Shown one piece after another: positions 13,760 through 29,540 of a stretch of 64,000 nucleotides of DNA. Every line of letters starts with the position of its first letter. Within the stretch, counting starts at the first letter, position 1. The notes under the pieces are model-generated. The model searched no databases and was not told the origin of the DNA. It worked only from the letters and a program-made list of their open reading frames with translations. The stretch comes from the human T2T-CHM13v2.0 reference genome, Homo sapiens: the NCBI RefSeq assembly GCF_009914755.1, contig NC_060927.1; one strand, written 5' to 3'. Made by a program: the position numbers and the translations under genes.

Positions 13760-16607
13760 ATGAAATATCAAAGTTCACAAACTATATATTATATACTGTA
13801 CATAAAATATCAAAGTACCCAAGGTATATATTCTATACTGTACAAAAAATATCAAAGTATCCAAAGCATGTATTATATACTGTATATAAAATATGAAAGT
13901 ACATCAAATATATATTTTATTCTGTACATAAAATATCAAAGTACACCAGATATATATTCTATAGTGTACATAAAATATCAAGGTACCCAAACTATACATT
14001 ATATACTGTACATAAAATATGAAATTACAGCAAATATATATTATATTAGGTACATAAAATATGAAAGTACATCAAATATAGATTATATACTGTACATTAA
14101 ATACCAAAGTACCCCAAATATATATTTTATACTGTACATGAAATATCAAAGTTCACAAATTATATATTATATACTGTACATAAAATATCAATGTACCCAA
14201 GGTATATATTCTATACTGCACAAAAAATATCAAAGTACCCAAAGCATGTATTATATACTGTATATAAAATATGAAAGTACATCAAATATATATTTTATTC
14301 TGTACATAAAATATCAAAGTACACCAGATATATATTCTATAGTGTACATAAAATATCAAAGTACCCAAACTATACATTATATACTGTACATAAAATATGA
14401 AATTACATCAAATATATATTATATTAGGTACATAAAATACGAAAGTACATCAAATATAGATTATATACTGTACATAAAATATGAAAGTACCCCAATATAT
14501 ATTATATACTCTACATGAAATATCAAAGTTTACAAACTATATATTATGTACTGTACATAAAATATCAAAGTACCCAAGGTATATATTCTATACTGTACAA
14601 AAAATATCAAAGTACCCAAAGCATGTATTATATAATGTACATAAAATATGAAAGTACATCAAATATATATTTTATTCTGTACATAAAATATCAAAGAACA
14701 CCAGATATATATTCTATAGTGTACATAAAATATCAAAGTACCCAAACTATACATTATATACTGTACATAAAATATGAAATTACATCAAATATATATTATA
14801 TTAGGTACATAAAATATGAAAGTACATCAAATATAGATTATATACTGTAAATATAATATCAATGTACCCCAAATATATATTTTATACTCTACATGAAATA
14901 TCAAAGTTCACAAACCATATATTATATACTGTACATAAAATATCAAAGTACCCAAGGTATATATTCTATACTGTACAAAAAATATCAAAGTACCCAAAGC
15001 ATGTATTATATACTATACCTAAAATATGAAAGTACATCAAATATATATTTTATTCTGTACATAAAATATCAAAGTACACCAGATATATATTCTACAGTGT
15101 ACATAAAATATCAAAGTACCCAAACTATACATTATATACTGTACATAAAATATGAAATTACATCAAATATATATTATATTAGGTACATAAAATACGAAAG
15201 TACATCAAATATAGATTATATACTGTACATAAAATATCAAAGTACCCCAATATATATTATATACTGTACATGAAATATCAAAGTTCACAAACTATATATT
15301 ATGTACTGTACATAAAATATCAAAGTACCCAAGGTATATATTCTATACTGTACAAAAAATATCAAAGTACCCAAAGCATGTATTATATAATGTACATAAA
15401 ATATGAATGTACATCAAATATATATTTTATTCTGTACATAAAATATCAAAGTACACCAGATATATATTCTATAGTGTACATAAAATATCAAAGTACCCAA
15501 ACTATACATTATATACTGTACATAAAATATGAAATTACATCAAATATATATTATATTAGGTACATAAAATACGAAAGTACATCAAATATAGATTATATAC
15601 TGTACATAAAATATGAAAGTACCCCAATATATATTATATACTCTACATGAAATATCAAAGTTCACAAACTATATATTATGTACTGTACATAAAATATCAA
15701 ACTACCCAAGGTATATATTCTATACTGTACAAAAAATATCAAAGTACCCAAAGCATGTATTATATAATGTACATAAAATATGAAAGTACATCAAATATAT
15801 ATTTTATTCTGTACATAAAATATCAAAGAACACCAGATATATATTCTATAGTGTACATAAAATATCAAAGTACCCAAACTATACATTATATACTGTACAT
15901 AAAATATGAAATTACATCAAATATATATTATATTAGGTACATAAAATATGAAAGTACATCAAATATAGATTATATACTGTAAATATAATATGAATGTACC
16001 CCAAATATATATTTTATACTCTACATGAAATATCAAAGTTCACAAACCATATATTATATACTGTACATAAAATATCAAAGTACCCAAGGTATATATTCTA
16101 TACTGTACAAAAAATATCAAAGTACCCAAAGCATGTATTATATACTGTATATAAAATATGAAAGTACATCAAATATATATTTTATTCTGTACATAAAATA
16201 TCAAAGTACACCAGATATATATTCTATAGTGTACATAAAATAACAAAGTACACAAACTATAAATTATATCCTGTACATAAAATATGAAATTACATCAAAT
16301 ATATATTAGGTACATAAAATATGAAAGTACATCAAATATAGATTATATACTGTACATTAAGTACCAAAGTACACCAAATATATATTTTATTCTGTACATA
16401 AAATATCAAAGTACACCAGATATATATTCTATAGTGTACATAAAATATCAAAGTACCCAAACTATACATTATATACTGTACATAAAATATGAAATTACAT
16501 CAAATATATATTATATTAGGTAAATGAAATATGAAAGTACATCAAATATAGATTATATACTGTACATAAAATATCAAAGTACCCCAAATATATATTATAT
16601 ACTGTAC

Positions 16608-17143
16608 ATGAAATATCAAAGTTCACAAACTATATATTATGTACTGTACATAAAATATCAAAGTACCCAAGGTATATATTCTATACTGTACAAAAAATAT
16701 CAAAGTACCCAAAGCATGTATTATATAATGTACATAAAATATGAAAGTACATCAAATATATATTTTATTCTGTACATAAAATATCAAAGAACACCAGATA
16801 TATATTCTATAGTGTACATAAAATATCAAAGTACCCAAACTATACATTATATACTGTACATAAAATATGAAATTACATCATATATATATTAGGTACATAA
16901 AATATGAAAGTACATCAAATATATATTTTATTCTGTACATAAAATATCAAAGTACACCAGATATATATTCTATAGTGTACATAAAATAACAAAGTACACA
17001 AACTATAAATTATATACTGTACATAAAATATGAAATTACATCAAATATATATTAGGTACATAAAATATGAAAGTACATCAAATATAGATTATATACTGTA
17101 CATATAATATCAATGTACCCGAAATATATATTTTATACTCTAC
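16608..17143 (+). repeat. 13-mer HOR (536 bp); also at 21295, 29321, 33252
   Basis: M1-to-M1 distance is 536 = 13x42-10. M4-M7 is repeated, and each M7 carries the 5-bp deletion. Confidence 0.85.
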
Positions 17144-20100
17144 ATGAAATATCAAAGTTCACAAACCATATATTGTATACTGCACATAAAATATCAAAAT
17201 ACCCAAGGTATATATTCTATACTGTACAAAAAATATCAAAGTACCCAAAGCAGGTATTATATACTGTACATAAAATATGAAAGTACATCAAATATATATT
17301 TTATTCTGTACATAAAATATCAAAGTACACCAGATATATATTCTATAGCGTACATAAAATATCAAAGTACACAAACTATACATTATATACTGTACATAAA
17401 ATATGAAATTACATCAAATATATATTATATTAGGTACATAAAATATGAAAGTACATCAAATATAGATTATATACTGTAAATATAATATCAATGTACCCCA
17501 AATATATATTTTATACTCTACATGAAATATCAAAGTTCACAAACCATATATTATATACTGTACATAAAATATCAAAGTACCCAAGGTATATATTCTATAC
17601 TGTACAAAAAATATCAAAGTACCCAAAGCATGTATTATATACTGTACATAAAATATGAAAGTACATCAAATATATATTTTATTCTGTACATAAAATATCA
17701 AAGTACACCAGATATATATTCTATAGTGTACATAAAATATCAAAGTACCCAAACTATACATTATATACTGTACATAAAATATGAAATTACATCAAATATA
17801 TATTATATTAGGTAAATGAAATATGAAAGTACATCAAATATAGATTATATACTGTACATAAAATATGAAAGTACCCCAAATATATATTATATACTCTACA
17901 TGAAATATCAAAGTTCACAAACTATATATTATATACTGTCCATAAAATATCAAAGTACCCAAGGTATATATTTTATACTGTACAAAAAATATCAAAGTAC
18001 CCAAAGCATGTATTATATACTATACCTAAAATATGAAAGTACATCAAATATATATTTTATTCTGTACATAAAATATCAAAGTACACCAGATATATATTCT
18101 ACAGTGTATATAAAATATCAAAGTACCCAAACTATACATTATATACTGTACATAAAATATGAAATTACATCAAATATATATTATATTAGGTACATAAAAT
18201 ATGAAAGTACATGAAGTATAGATTATATACTGTACATAAAATATCAAAGTACCCCAAATTTATATTATATACTATACATGAAATATCAAAGTTCACAAAC
18301 TATATATTATATACTGTACATAAAATATCAAAGTACCCAAGGTATATATTCTATAGTGTACAAAAAATATCAAAGTACCCAAAGGATGTATTATATACCG
18401 TACGTAAAATATAAAATTACATCAAATATATATTTTATTCTGTACATAAAATATCAAAGTACACCAGATATATATACTATAGTGTACATAAAATATCAAA
18501 GTACCCAAACTATACATTATACACTGCACATAAAATATGAAATTACATCAAATATATATTAGGTACATAAAATATGAAAGTACATCAAATATAGATTATA
18601 TACTGTAAATATAATATCAATGTACCCCAAATATATATTTTATACTCTACATGAAATATCAAAGTTCACAAACCATATATTATATACTGTACATAAAATA
18701 TCAAAGTACCCAAGGTATATATTCTATACTGTACAAAAAATATCAAAGTACCCAAAGCATGTATTATATACTGTACATAAAATATGAAAGTACATCAAAT
18801 ATATATTTTATTCTGTACATAAAATATCAAAGTACACCAGATATATATTCTATAGTGTACATAAAATATCAAAGCACCCAAACTATACATTATATACTGT
18901 ACATAAAATTTGAAATTACATCAAATATATATTATATTAGGTACATGAAATTTGAAAGTACATCAAATATAGATTATATACTGTACATAAAATATGAAAG
19001 TACACCAAATATATATTATATACTCTACATGAAATATCAAAGTTCACAAACTATATATTATATACTGTACATAAAATATCAAAGTACCCAAGGTATATAT
19101 TCTATACTGTACAAAAAATATCAAAGTATCCAAAGCATGTATTATATACTGTATATAAAATATGAAAGTACATCAAATATATATTTTATTCTGTACATAA
19201 AATATCAAAGTACACCAGATATATATTCTATAGTGTACATAAAATATCAAAGTACCCAAACTATACATTATATACTGTACATAAAATATGAAATTACAGC
19301 AAATATATATTATATTAGGTACATAAAATATGAAAGTACATCAAATATAGATTATATACTGTACATTAAATACCAAAGTACCCCAAATATATATTTTATA
19401 CTGTACATGAAATATCAAAGTTCACAAACTATATATTATATACTGTACATAAAATATCAATGTACCCAAGGTATATATTCTATACTGCACAAAAAATATC
19501 AAAGTACCCAAAGCATGTATTATATACTGTATATAAAATATGAAAGTACATCAAATATATATTTTATTCTGTACATAAAATATCGAAGTACACCAGATAT
19601 ATATTCTATAGTGTACATAAAATATCAAAGTACCCAAACTATACATTATATACTGTACATAAAATATGAAATTACATCAAATATATATTATATTAGGTAC
19701 ATAAAATACGAAAGTACATCAAATATAGATTATATACTGTACATAAAATATCAAAGTACCCCAATATATATTATATACTGTACATGAAATATCAAAGTTC
19801 ACAAACTATATATTATGTACTGTACATAAAATATCAAAGTACCCAAGGTATATATTCTATACTGTACAAAAAATATCAAAGTACCCAAAGCATGTATTAT
19901 ATAATGTACATAAAATATGAAAGTACATCAAATATATATTTTATTCTGTACATAAAATATCAAAGTACACCAGATATATATTCTATAGCGTACATAAAAT
20001 ATCAAAGTACACAAACTATACATTATATACTGTACATAAAATATGAAATTACATCAAATATATATTATATTAGGTACATAAAATATGAAAGTACATCAAA

Positions 20101-23100
20101 TATAGATTATATACTGTAAATATAATATCAATGTACCCCAAATATATATTTTATACTCTACATGAAATATCAAAGTTCACAAACCATATATTATATACTG
20201 TACATAAAATATCAAAGTACCCAAGGTATATATTCTATACTGTACAAAAAATATCAAAGTACCCAAAGCATGTATTATATACTGTACATAAAATATGAAA
20301 GTACATCAAATATATATTTTATTCTGTACATAAAATATCAAAGTACACCAGATATATATTCTATAGTGTACATAAAATATCAAAGTACCCAAACTATACA
20401 TTATATACTGTACATAAAATATGAAATTACATCAAATATATATTATATTAGGTAAATGAAATATGAAAGTACATCAAATATAGATTATATACTGTACATA
20501 AAATATGAAAGTACCCCAAATATATATTATATACTCTACATGAAATATCAAAGTTCACAAACTATATATTATATACTGTACATAAAATATCAAAGTACCC
20601 AAGGTATATATTCTATACTGTACAAAAAATATCAAAGTATCCAAAGCATGTATTATATACTGTATATAAAATATGAAAGTACATCAAATATATATTTTAT
20701 TCTGTACATAAAATATCAAAGTACACCAGATATATATTCTATAGTGTACATAAAATATCAAAGTACCCAAACTATACATTATATACTGTACATAAAATAT
20801 GAAATTACAGCAAATATATATTATATTAGGTACATAAAATATGAAAGTACATCAAATATAGATTATATACTCTACATTAAATACCAAAGTACCCCAAATA
20901 TATATTTTATACTGTACATGAAATATCAAAGTTCACAAACTATATATTATATACTGTACATAAAATATCAATGTACCCAAGGTATATATTCTATACTGCA
21001 CAAAAAATATCAAAGTACCCAAAGCATGTATTATATACTGTATATAAAATATGAAAGTACATCAAATATATATTTTATTCTGTACATAAAATATCAAAGT
21101 ACACCAGATATATATTCTATAGTGTACATAAAATATCAAAGTACCCAAACTATACATTATATACTGTACATAAAATATGAAATTACATCAAATATATATT
21201 ATATTAGGTACATAAAATACGAAAGTACATCAAATATAGATTATATACTGTACATAAAATATGAAAGTACCCCAATATATATTATATACTCTACATGAAA
21301 TATCAAAGTTCACAAACTATATATTATGTACTGTACATAAAATATCAAACTACCCAAGGTATATATTCTATACTGTACAAATAATATCAAAGTACCCAAA
21401 GCATGTATTATATAATGTACATAAAATATGAAAGTACATCAAATATATATTTTATTCTGTACATAAAATATCAAAGAACACCAGATATATATTCTATAGT
21501 GTACATAAAATATCAAAGTACCCAAACTATACATTATATACTGTACATAAAATATGAAATTACATCATATATATATTAGGTACATAAAATATGAAAGTAC
21601 ATCAAATATATATTTTATTCTGTACATAAAATATCAAAGTACACCAGATATATATTCTATAGTGTACATAAAATAACAAAGTACACAAACTATAAAATAT
21701 GTACTGTACATAAAATATGAAATTACATCAAATATATATTAGGTACATAAAATATGAAAGTACATCAAATATAGATTATATACTGTACATATAATATCAA
21801 TGTACCCGAAATATATATTTTATACTCTACATGAAATATCAAAGTTCACAAACCATATATTGTATACTGCACATAAAATATCAAAATACACAAGGTATAT
21901 ATTCTATACTGTACAAAAAATATCAAAGTACCCAAAGCAGGTATTATATACTGTATATAAAATATGAAAGTACATCAAATATATATTTTATTCTGTACAT
22001 AAAATATCAAAGTACACCAGATATATATTCTATAGTGTACATAAAATATCAAGGTACCCAAACTATATATTATATACTGTACATAAAATATGAAATTACA
22101 GCAAATATATATTATATTAGGTACATAAAATATGAAAGTACATCAAATATAGATTATATACTGTACATTAAATACCAAAGTACCCCAAATATATATTTTA
22201 TACTGTACATGAAATATCAAAGTTCACAAACTATATATTATATACTGTACATAAAATATCAATGTACCCAAGGTATATATTCTATACTGCACAAAAAATA
22301 TCAAAGTACCCAAAGCATGTATTATATACTGTATATAAAATATGAAAGTACATCAAATATATATTTTATTCTGTACATAAAATATCAAAGTACACCAGAT
22401 ATATATTCTATAGTGTACATAAAATATCAAAGTACCCAAACTATACATTATATACTGTACATAAATATGAAATTACATCAAATATATATTATGTTAGGTA
22501 CATAAAATATGAAAGTACATGAAGTATAGATTATATACTGTAGATAAAATATCAAAGTACCCCAAATATATATTATATACTCTACATGAAATATCAAAGT
22601 TCACAAACTATATATTATATACTGTACATAAAATATCAAAGTACCCAAGGTATATATTCTATACTGTACAAAAAATATCAAAGTATCCAAAGCATGTTTT
22701 ATATACTGTATATAAAATATGAAAGTACATTAAAGATATATTTTATTCTGTACATAAAATATCAAAATACACCAGATATATATTCTATAGTGTACATAAA
22801 ATAACAAAGTACAGAAACTATAAATTATATACTGTACATAAAATATGAAATTACATCAAATATATATTAGGTACATAAAATATGAAAGTACATCAAATAT
22901 AGATTATATACTGTACATATAATATCAATGTACCCCAAATATATATTTTATACTCTACATGAAATATCAAAGTTCACAAACCATACATTATATACTGTAC
23001 ATAAAATATCAAAGTACCCAAGTTATATATTCTATACTGTACAAAAGATATCAAAGTACCCAAAGCATGTATTATATACTGTATATAAAATATGAAAGTA

Positions 23101-26100
23101 CATCAAATATATATTATATACTGTACATAAAATATCAAAGTACACCAGATATATATTTTATAGTGTACATAAAATATCAAAGTACCCAAACTATACATTA
23201 TATACTGTACATAAAATATGAGATTACATCAAATATATATTATATTAGGTACATAAAATATGAAAGTACATCAGATATAGATTATATACTGTACATAAAA
23301 TATCAAAGTACCCCAAATATATATTATATACTCTACATGAAATATCAAAGTTCACAAACTATATATTATATACTGTACATAAAATATCAAAGTACCCAAG
23401 GTATATATTCTATACTGTACAAAAAATATCAAAATACCCAAAGCATGTATTATATACTGTATATAAAATATGAAAGTACATCAAATATATATTTTATTCT
23501 GTACATAAAATATCAAAGTACACCAGATATATATTCTATAGTGTACATAAAATATCAAAGTACCCAAACTATACATTATATACTGTACATAAAATATGAA
23601 ATTACAGCAAATATATATTATATTAGGTACATAAAATATGAAAGTACATCAAATATAGATTATATACTGTACATTAAATACCAAAGTACCCCAAATATAT
23701 ATTTTATACTGTACATGAAATATCAAAGTTCACAAACTATATATTATATACTGTACATAAAATATCAATGTACCCAAGGTATATATTCTATACTGCACAA
23801 AAAATATCAAAGTACCCAAAGCATGTATTATATACTGTATATAAAATATGAAAGTACATCAAATATATATTTTATTCTGTACATAAAATATCAAAGTACA
23901 CCAGATATATATTCTATAGTGTAGATAAAATATCAAAGTACCCAAACTATACATTATATACTGAACATAAAATATGAAATTACATCAAATATATATTATA
24001 TTAGGTAAATAAAATACGAAAGTACATCAAATATAGATTATATACTGTACATAAAATATCAAAGTACCCCAATATATATTATATACTGTACATGAAATAT
24101 CAAAGTTCACAAACTATATATTATGTACTGTACATAAAATATCAAAGTACCCAAGGTATATATTCTATACTGTACAAAAAATATCAAAGTACCCAAAGCA
24201 TGTATTATATACTGTACATAAAATATGAAAGTACATCAAATATATATTTTATTCTGTACATAAAATATCAAAGTACACCACATATATATTCTGTAGTGTA
24301 CATAAAATATCAAAGTACCCAAACTATATATTATATACTGTACATAAAATATGAAATTACATCAAATATATATTATATTAGGTACATAAAATATGAAAGT
24401 ACATCAAATATAGATTATATACTGTACATGAAATATCAAAGTACCCCAAATTTATATTATATACTATACATGAAATATCAAAGTTCACAAACTATATATT
24501 ATATACTGTACATAAAATATCAAAGTACCCAAGGTATATATTCTATAGTGTACAAAAAATATCAAAGTACCCAAAGCATGTATTATATACCGTACATAAA
24601 ATATAAAATTACATCAAATATATATTTTATACTGTACATAAAATATCAAAGTACACCAGATATATATTCTATAGAGTACATAAAATATCAAAGTACCCAA
24701 ACTATACATTACATACTGTACATAAAATATGAAATTACATCAAATATATATTATAATAGGTACATAAAATATGAAAGTACATCAAATATAGATTACATAC
24801 TGTACATTAAATACGAAAGTACCCCAAATATATATTTTATACTGTACATGAAATATCAAAGTACCCAAGGTATATATTCTATACTGTACAAAAAATATCA
24901 AAGTACCCAAAGCATGTATTACAAACTGTACATAAAATATGAAAGTCCATCAAATATATATTTTATTCTGTACATAAAATATCAAAGTACACCAGATATA
25001 TATTCTATAGTGAAAATAAAATATCAATGTACCCAAACTATACATTATATACTGTACATAAAATATGAAATTACATCAAATATATATTATATTAGGTAAA
25101 TAAAATATGAAAGTACATCAAATATAGATTATATACTGTACATTAAGTACCAAAGTACCCCAAATATATATTTTATACTGTACATGAAATATCAAAGTTC
25201 ACAAACTATATATTATATACTGTACATAAAATATGAAAGTACCCAAGGTATATACTCTATACTGTACAAAAAATATCAAAGTACCCAAAGCATGTATTAT
25301 ATACTGTACATAAAGTAAGAAAGTACATCAAATATATATTTTATTCTGTACATAAAATATCAAGGTACACCAGATATATATTCTATAGTGTACATAAAAT
25401 ATCAAAGTACCCAAACTATAAATTATATACTGTACATAAAATATGAAATTACATCAAATATATATTATATTAGGTACATAAAATATGAAAGTACATCAAA
25501 TATAGATTATATACTCTACATTAAATACCAAAGTACCCCAAATATATGTTTTATACTGTACATGAAATATCAAAGTTCACAAAGTATATATTATATACTG
25601 TACATAAAATATCAAAGTACCCAAGGTATATATTCTATACTGTACAAAAAATATCAAAGTAAACAAAGCATGTATTATATACTGTACCTAAAATATGAAA
25701 GTACATCAAATATATATTTTATTCTGTACATAAAATATCAAAGTACACCAGATATATATTCTATAGTGTATATAAAATATCAAAGTACCCAAACTATACA
25801 TTATATACTGTACATAAAATATGAAATTACATCAAATATATATTATATTAGGTACATAAAATATGAAAGTACATGAAGTATAGATTATATACTGTACATA
25901 AAATATCAAAGTACCCCAAATTTATATTATATACTATACATGAAATATCAAAGTTCACAAACTATATATTATATACTGTACATAAAATATCAAAGTACCC
26001 AAGGTATATATTCTATAGTGTACAAAAAATATCAAAGTACGCAAAGCATGTATTATATACCGTACATAAAATATGAAATTACATCAAATATATATTTTAT

Positions 26101-29100
26101 TCTGTACATAAAATATCAAAGTACACCAGATATATATACTATAGTGTACATAAAATATCAAAGTACCCAAACTATACATTATACACTGCACATAAAATAT
26201 GAAATTACATCAAATATATATTAGGTACATAAAATATGAAAGTACATCAAATATAGATTATATACTGTAAATATAATATCAATGTACCCCAAATATATAT
26301 TTTATACTCTACATGAAATATCAAAGTTCACAAACCATATATTATATACTGTACATAAAATATCAAAGTACCCAAGGTATATATTCTATACTGTACAAAA
26401 AATATCAAAGTACCCAAAGCATGTATTATATAATGTACATAAAATATGAAAGTACATCAAATATATATTTTATTCTGTACATAAAATATCAAAGTACACC
26501 AGATATATATTCTATAGTGTACATAAAATATCAAAGTACCCAAACTATACATTATATACTGTACATAAAATATGAAATTACATCAAATATATATTATATT
26601 AGGTACATGAAATTTGAAAGTACATCAAATATAGATTATATACTGTACATTAAATACCAAAGTACCCCAAATATATATTTTATACTGTACATGAAATATC
26701 AAAGTTCACAAACTATATATTATATACTGTACATAAAATATCAATGTACCCAAGGTATATATTCTATACTGCTCAAAAAATATCAAAGTACCCAAAGCAT
26801 GTATTATATACTGTATATAAAATATGAAAGTACATCAAATATATATTTTATTCTGTACATAAAATATCAAAGTACACCAGATATATATTCTATAGTGTAC
26901 ATAAAATAACAAAGTACACAAACTATAAATTATATACTGTACATAAAATATGAAATTACATCAAATATATATTAGGCACATAAAATATGAAAGTACATCA
27001 AATATAGATTATATACTGTACATATAATATCAATGTACGCGAAATATATATTTTATACTCTACATGAAATATCAAAGTGCACAAACCATATATTGTATAC
27101 TGCACATAAAATATCAAAATACCCAAGGTATATATTCTATACTGTACAAAAAATATCAAAGTACCCAAAGCAGGTATTATATACTGTAAATAAAATATGA
27201 AAGTACATCAAATATATATTTTATTCTGTACATAAAATATCAAAGTACACCAGATATATATTCTATAGCGTACATAAAATATCAAAGTACACAAACTGTA
27301 CATTATATACTGTATATAAAATATGAAATTAAATCAAATATATATTATATTAGGTACATAAAATATGAAAGTACATCAAATATAGATTATATACTGTACA
27401 TTAAATACCAAAGTACCCCAAATATATATTTTATACTGTACATGAAATTTCAAAGTTCACAAACTATATATTATATACTGTACATAAAATATCAAAGTAC
27501 CCAAGGTATATATTCTATAGTGTACAAAAAATATCAAAGTACCCAAAGCATGTATTATATACCGTACATAAAATATAAAATTACATCAAATATATATTTT
27601 ATTCTGTACATAAAATATCAAAGTACACCAGATATATATACTATAGTGTACATAAAATATCAAAGTACCCAAACTATACATTATACACTGTACATAAAAT
27701 ATGAAATTACATCAAATATATATTAGGTACATAAAATATGAAAGTACATCAAATATAGATTATATACTGTAAATATAATATCAATGTACCCCAAATATAT
27801 ATTTTATACTCTATATGAAATATCAAAGTTCACAAACCATATATTATATACTGTACATAAAATATCAAAGTACCAAAGGTATATATTCTATACTGTACAA
27901 AAAATATCAAAGTACCCAAAGCATGTATTATATACTGTACATAAAATATGAAAGTACATCAAATATATATTTTATTCTGTACATAAAATATCAAAGTACA
28001 CCAGATATATATTCTATAGTGTACATAAAATATCAAAGTACCCAAACTATACATTATATACTGTACATAAAATATGAAATTACATCAAATATATATTATA
28101 TTAGGTACATGAAATATGAAAGTACATCAAATATAGATTATATACTGTACATAAAATATGAAAGTACCCCAAATATATATTATATACTCTACATGAAATA
28201 TCAAAGTTCACAAACTATATATTATATACTGTACATAAAATATCAAAGTACCCAAGGTATATATTCTATACTGTACAAAAAATATCAAAGTATCCAAAGC
28301 AGGTATTATATACTGTATATAAAATATGAAAGTACATCAAATATATATTTTATTCTGTACATAAAATATCAAAGTACACCAGATATATATTCTATAGTGT
28401 ACATAAAATATCAAGGTACCCAAACTATATATTATATACTGTACATAAAATATGAAATTACAGCAAATATATATTATATTAGGTACATAAAATATGAAAG
28501 TACATCAAATATAGATTATATACTGTACATTAAATACCAAAGTACCCCAAATATATATTTTATACTGTACATGAAATATCAAAGTTCACAAACTATATAT
28601 TATATACTGTACATAAAATATCAATGTACCCAAGGTATATATTCTATACTGCACAAAAAATATCAAAGTACCCACAGCATGTATTATATACTGTATATAA
28701 AATATGAAAGTACATCAAATATATATTTTATTCTGTACATAAAATAACAAAATACACCAGATATATATTCTATAGTGTACATAAAATATCAAAGTACCCA
28801 AACTATACATTATATACTGTACATAAATATGAAATTACATCAAATATATATTATATTAGGTACATAAAATATGAAAGTACATGAAGTATAGATTATATAC
28901 TGTAGATAAAATATCAAAGTACCCCAAATTTATATTATATACTATACATGAAATATCAAAGTTCACAAACTATATATTATATACTGTACATAAAATATCA
29001 AAGTACCCAAGGTATATATTCTATAGTGTACAAAAAATATCAAAGTACCCAAAGCATGTATTATATACCGTACATAAAATATAAAATTACATCAAATATA

Positions 29101-29540
29101 TATTTTATTCTGTACATAAAATATCAAAGTACACCAGATATATATACTATAGTGTACATAAAATATCAAAGTACCCAAACTATACATTATACACTGTACA
29201 TAAAATATGAAATTACATCAAATATATATTAGGTACATAAAATATGAAAGTACATCAAATATAGATTATATACTGTAAATATAATATCAATGTACCCCAA
29301 ATATATATTTTATATTCTACATGAAATATCAAAGTTCACAAACCATATATTATATACTGTACATAAAATATCAAAGTACCCAAGGTATATATTCTATACT
29401 GTGCAAAAAATATCAAAGTACCCAAAGCATGTATTATATACTGTATATAAAATATGAAAGTACATCAAATATATATTTTATTCTGTACATAAAATGTCAA
29501 AGTACACCAGATATATATTCTATAGTGTACATAAAATATG
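16828..29540 (+). repeat. Large tandem duplication, copy 1 (~12,713 bp)
   Basis: ORF starts 17144, 17522, 17816, 18211 and 18651 recur at +12713. Starts 19784 through 29321 recur at +11957 with near-identical translations. The junction lies between 29541 and 29593, bracketed by flanking variants at 29540 and 29594. Confidence 0.92.
17522..17899 (+). repeat. Representative full-length 378-bp HOR (monomers M1-M9)
   Basis: Monomer signatures in order: M1 gttcacaaac, M2 cccaaggtatatattcta, M3 aaaaaa..cccaaagcatg, M4 gaaagtacatc..ttttattc, M5 caccagat..ctatagtg, M6 cccaaactatacatt, M7 gaaattacatc..attagg, M8 gaaagtacatc..tagatt, M9 gtacccc. The next M1 ATG is at 17900. Confidence 0.95.

Noticed and set aside
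14400-16140. Possible 1132-bp super-period (14515/15647, 14893/16025)
   Set aside because: The match holds for only about 600 bp and does not continue, so it is a small local copy rather than a true period.
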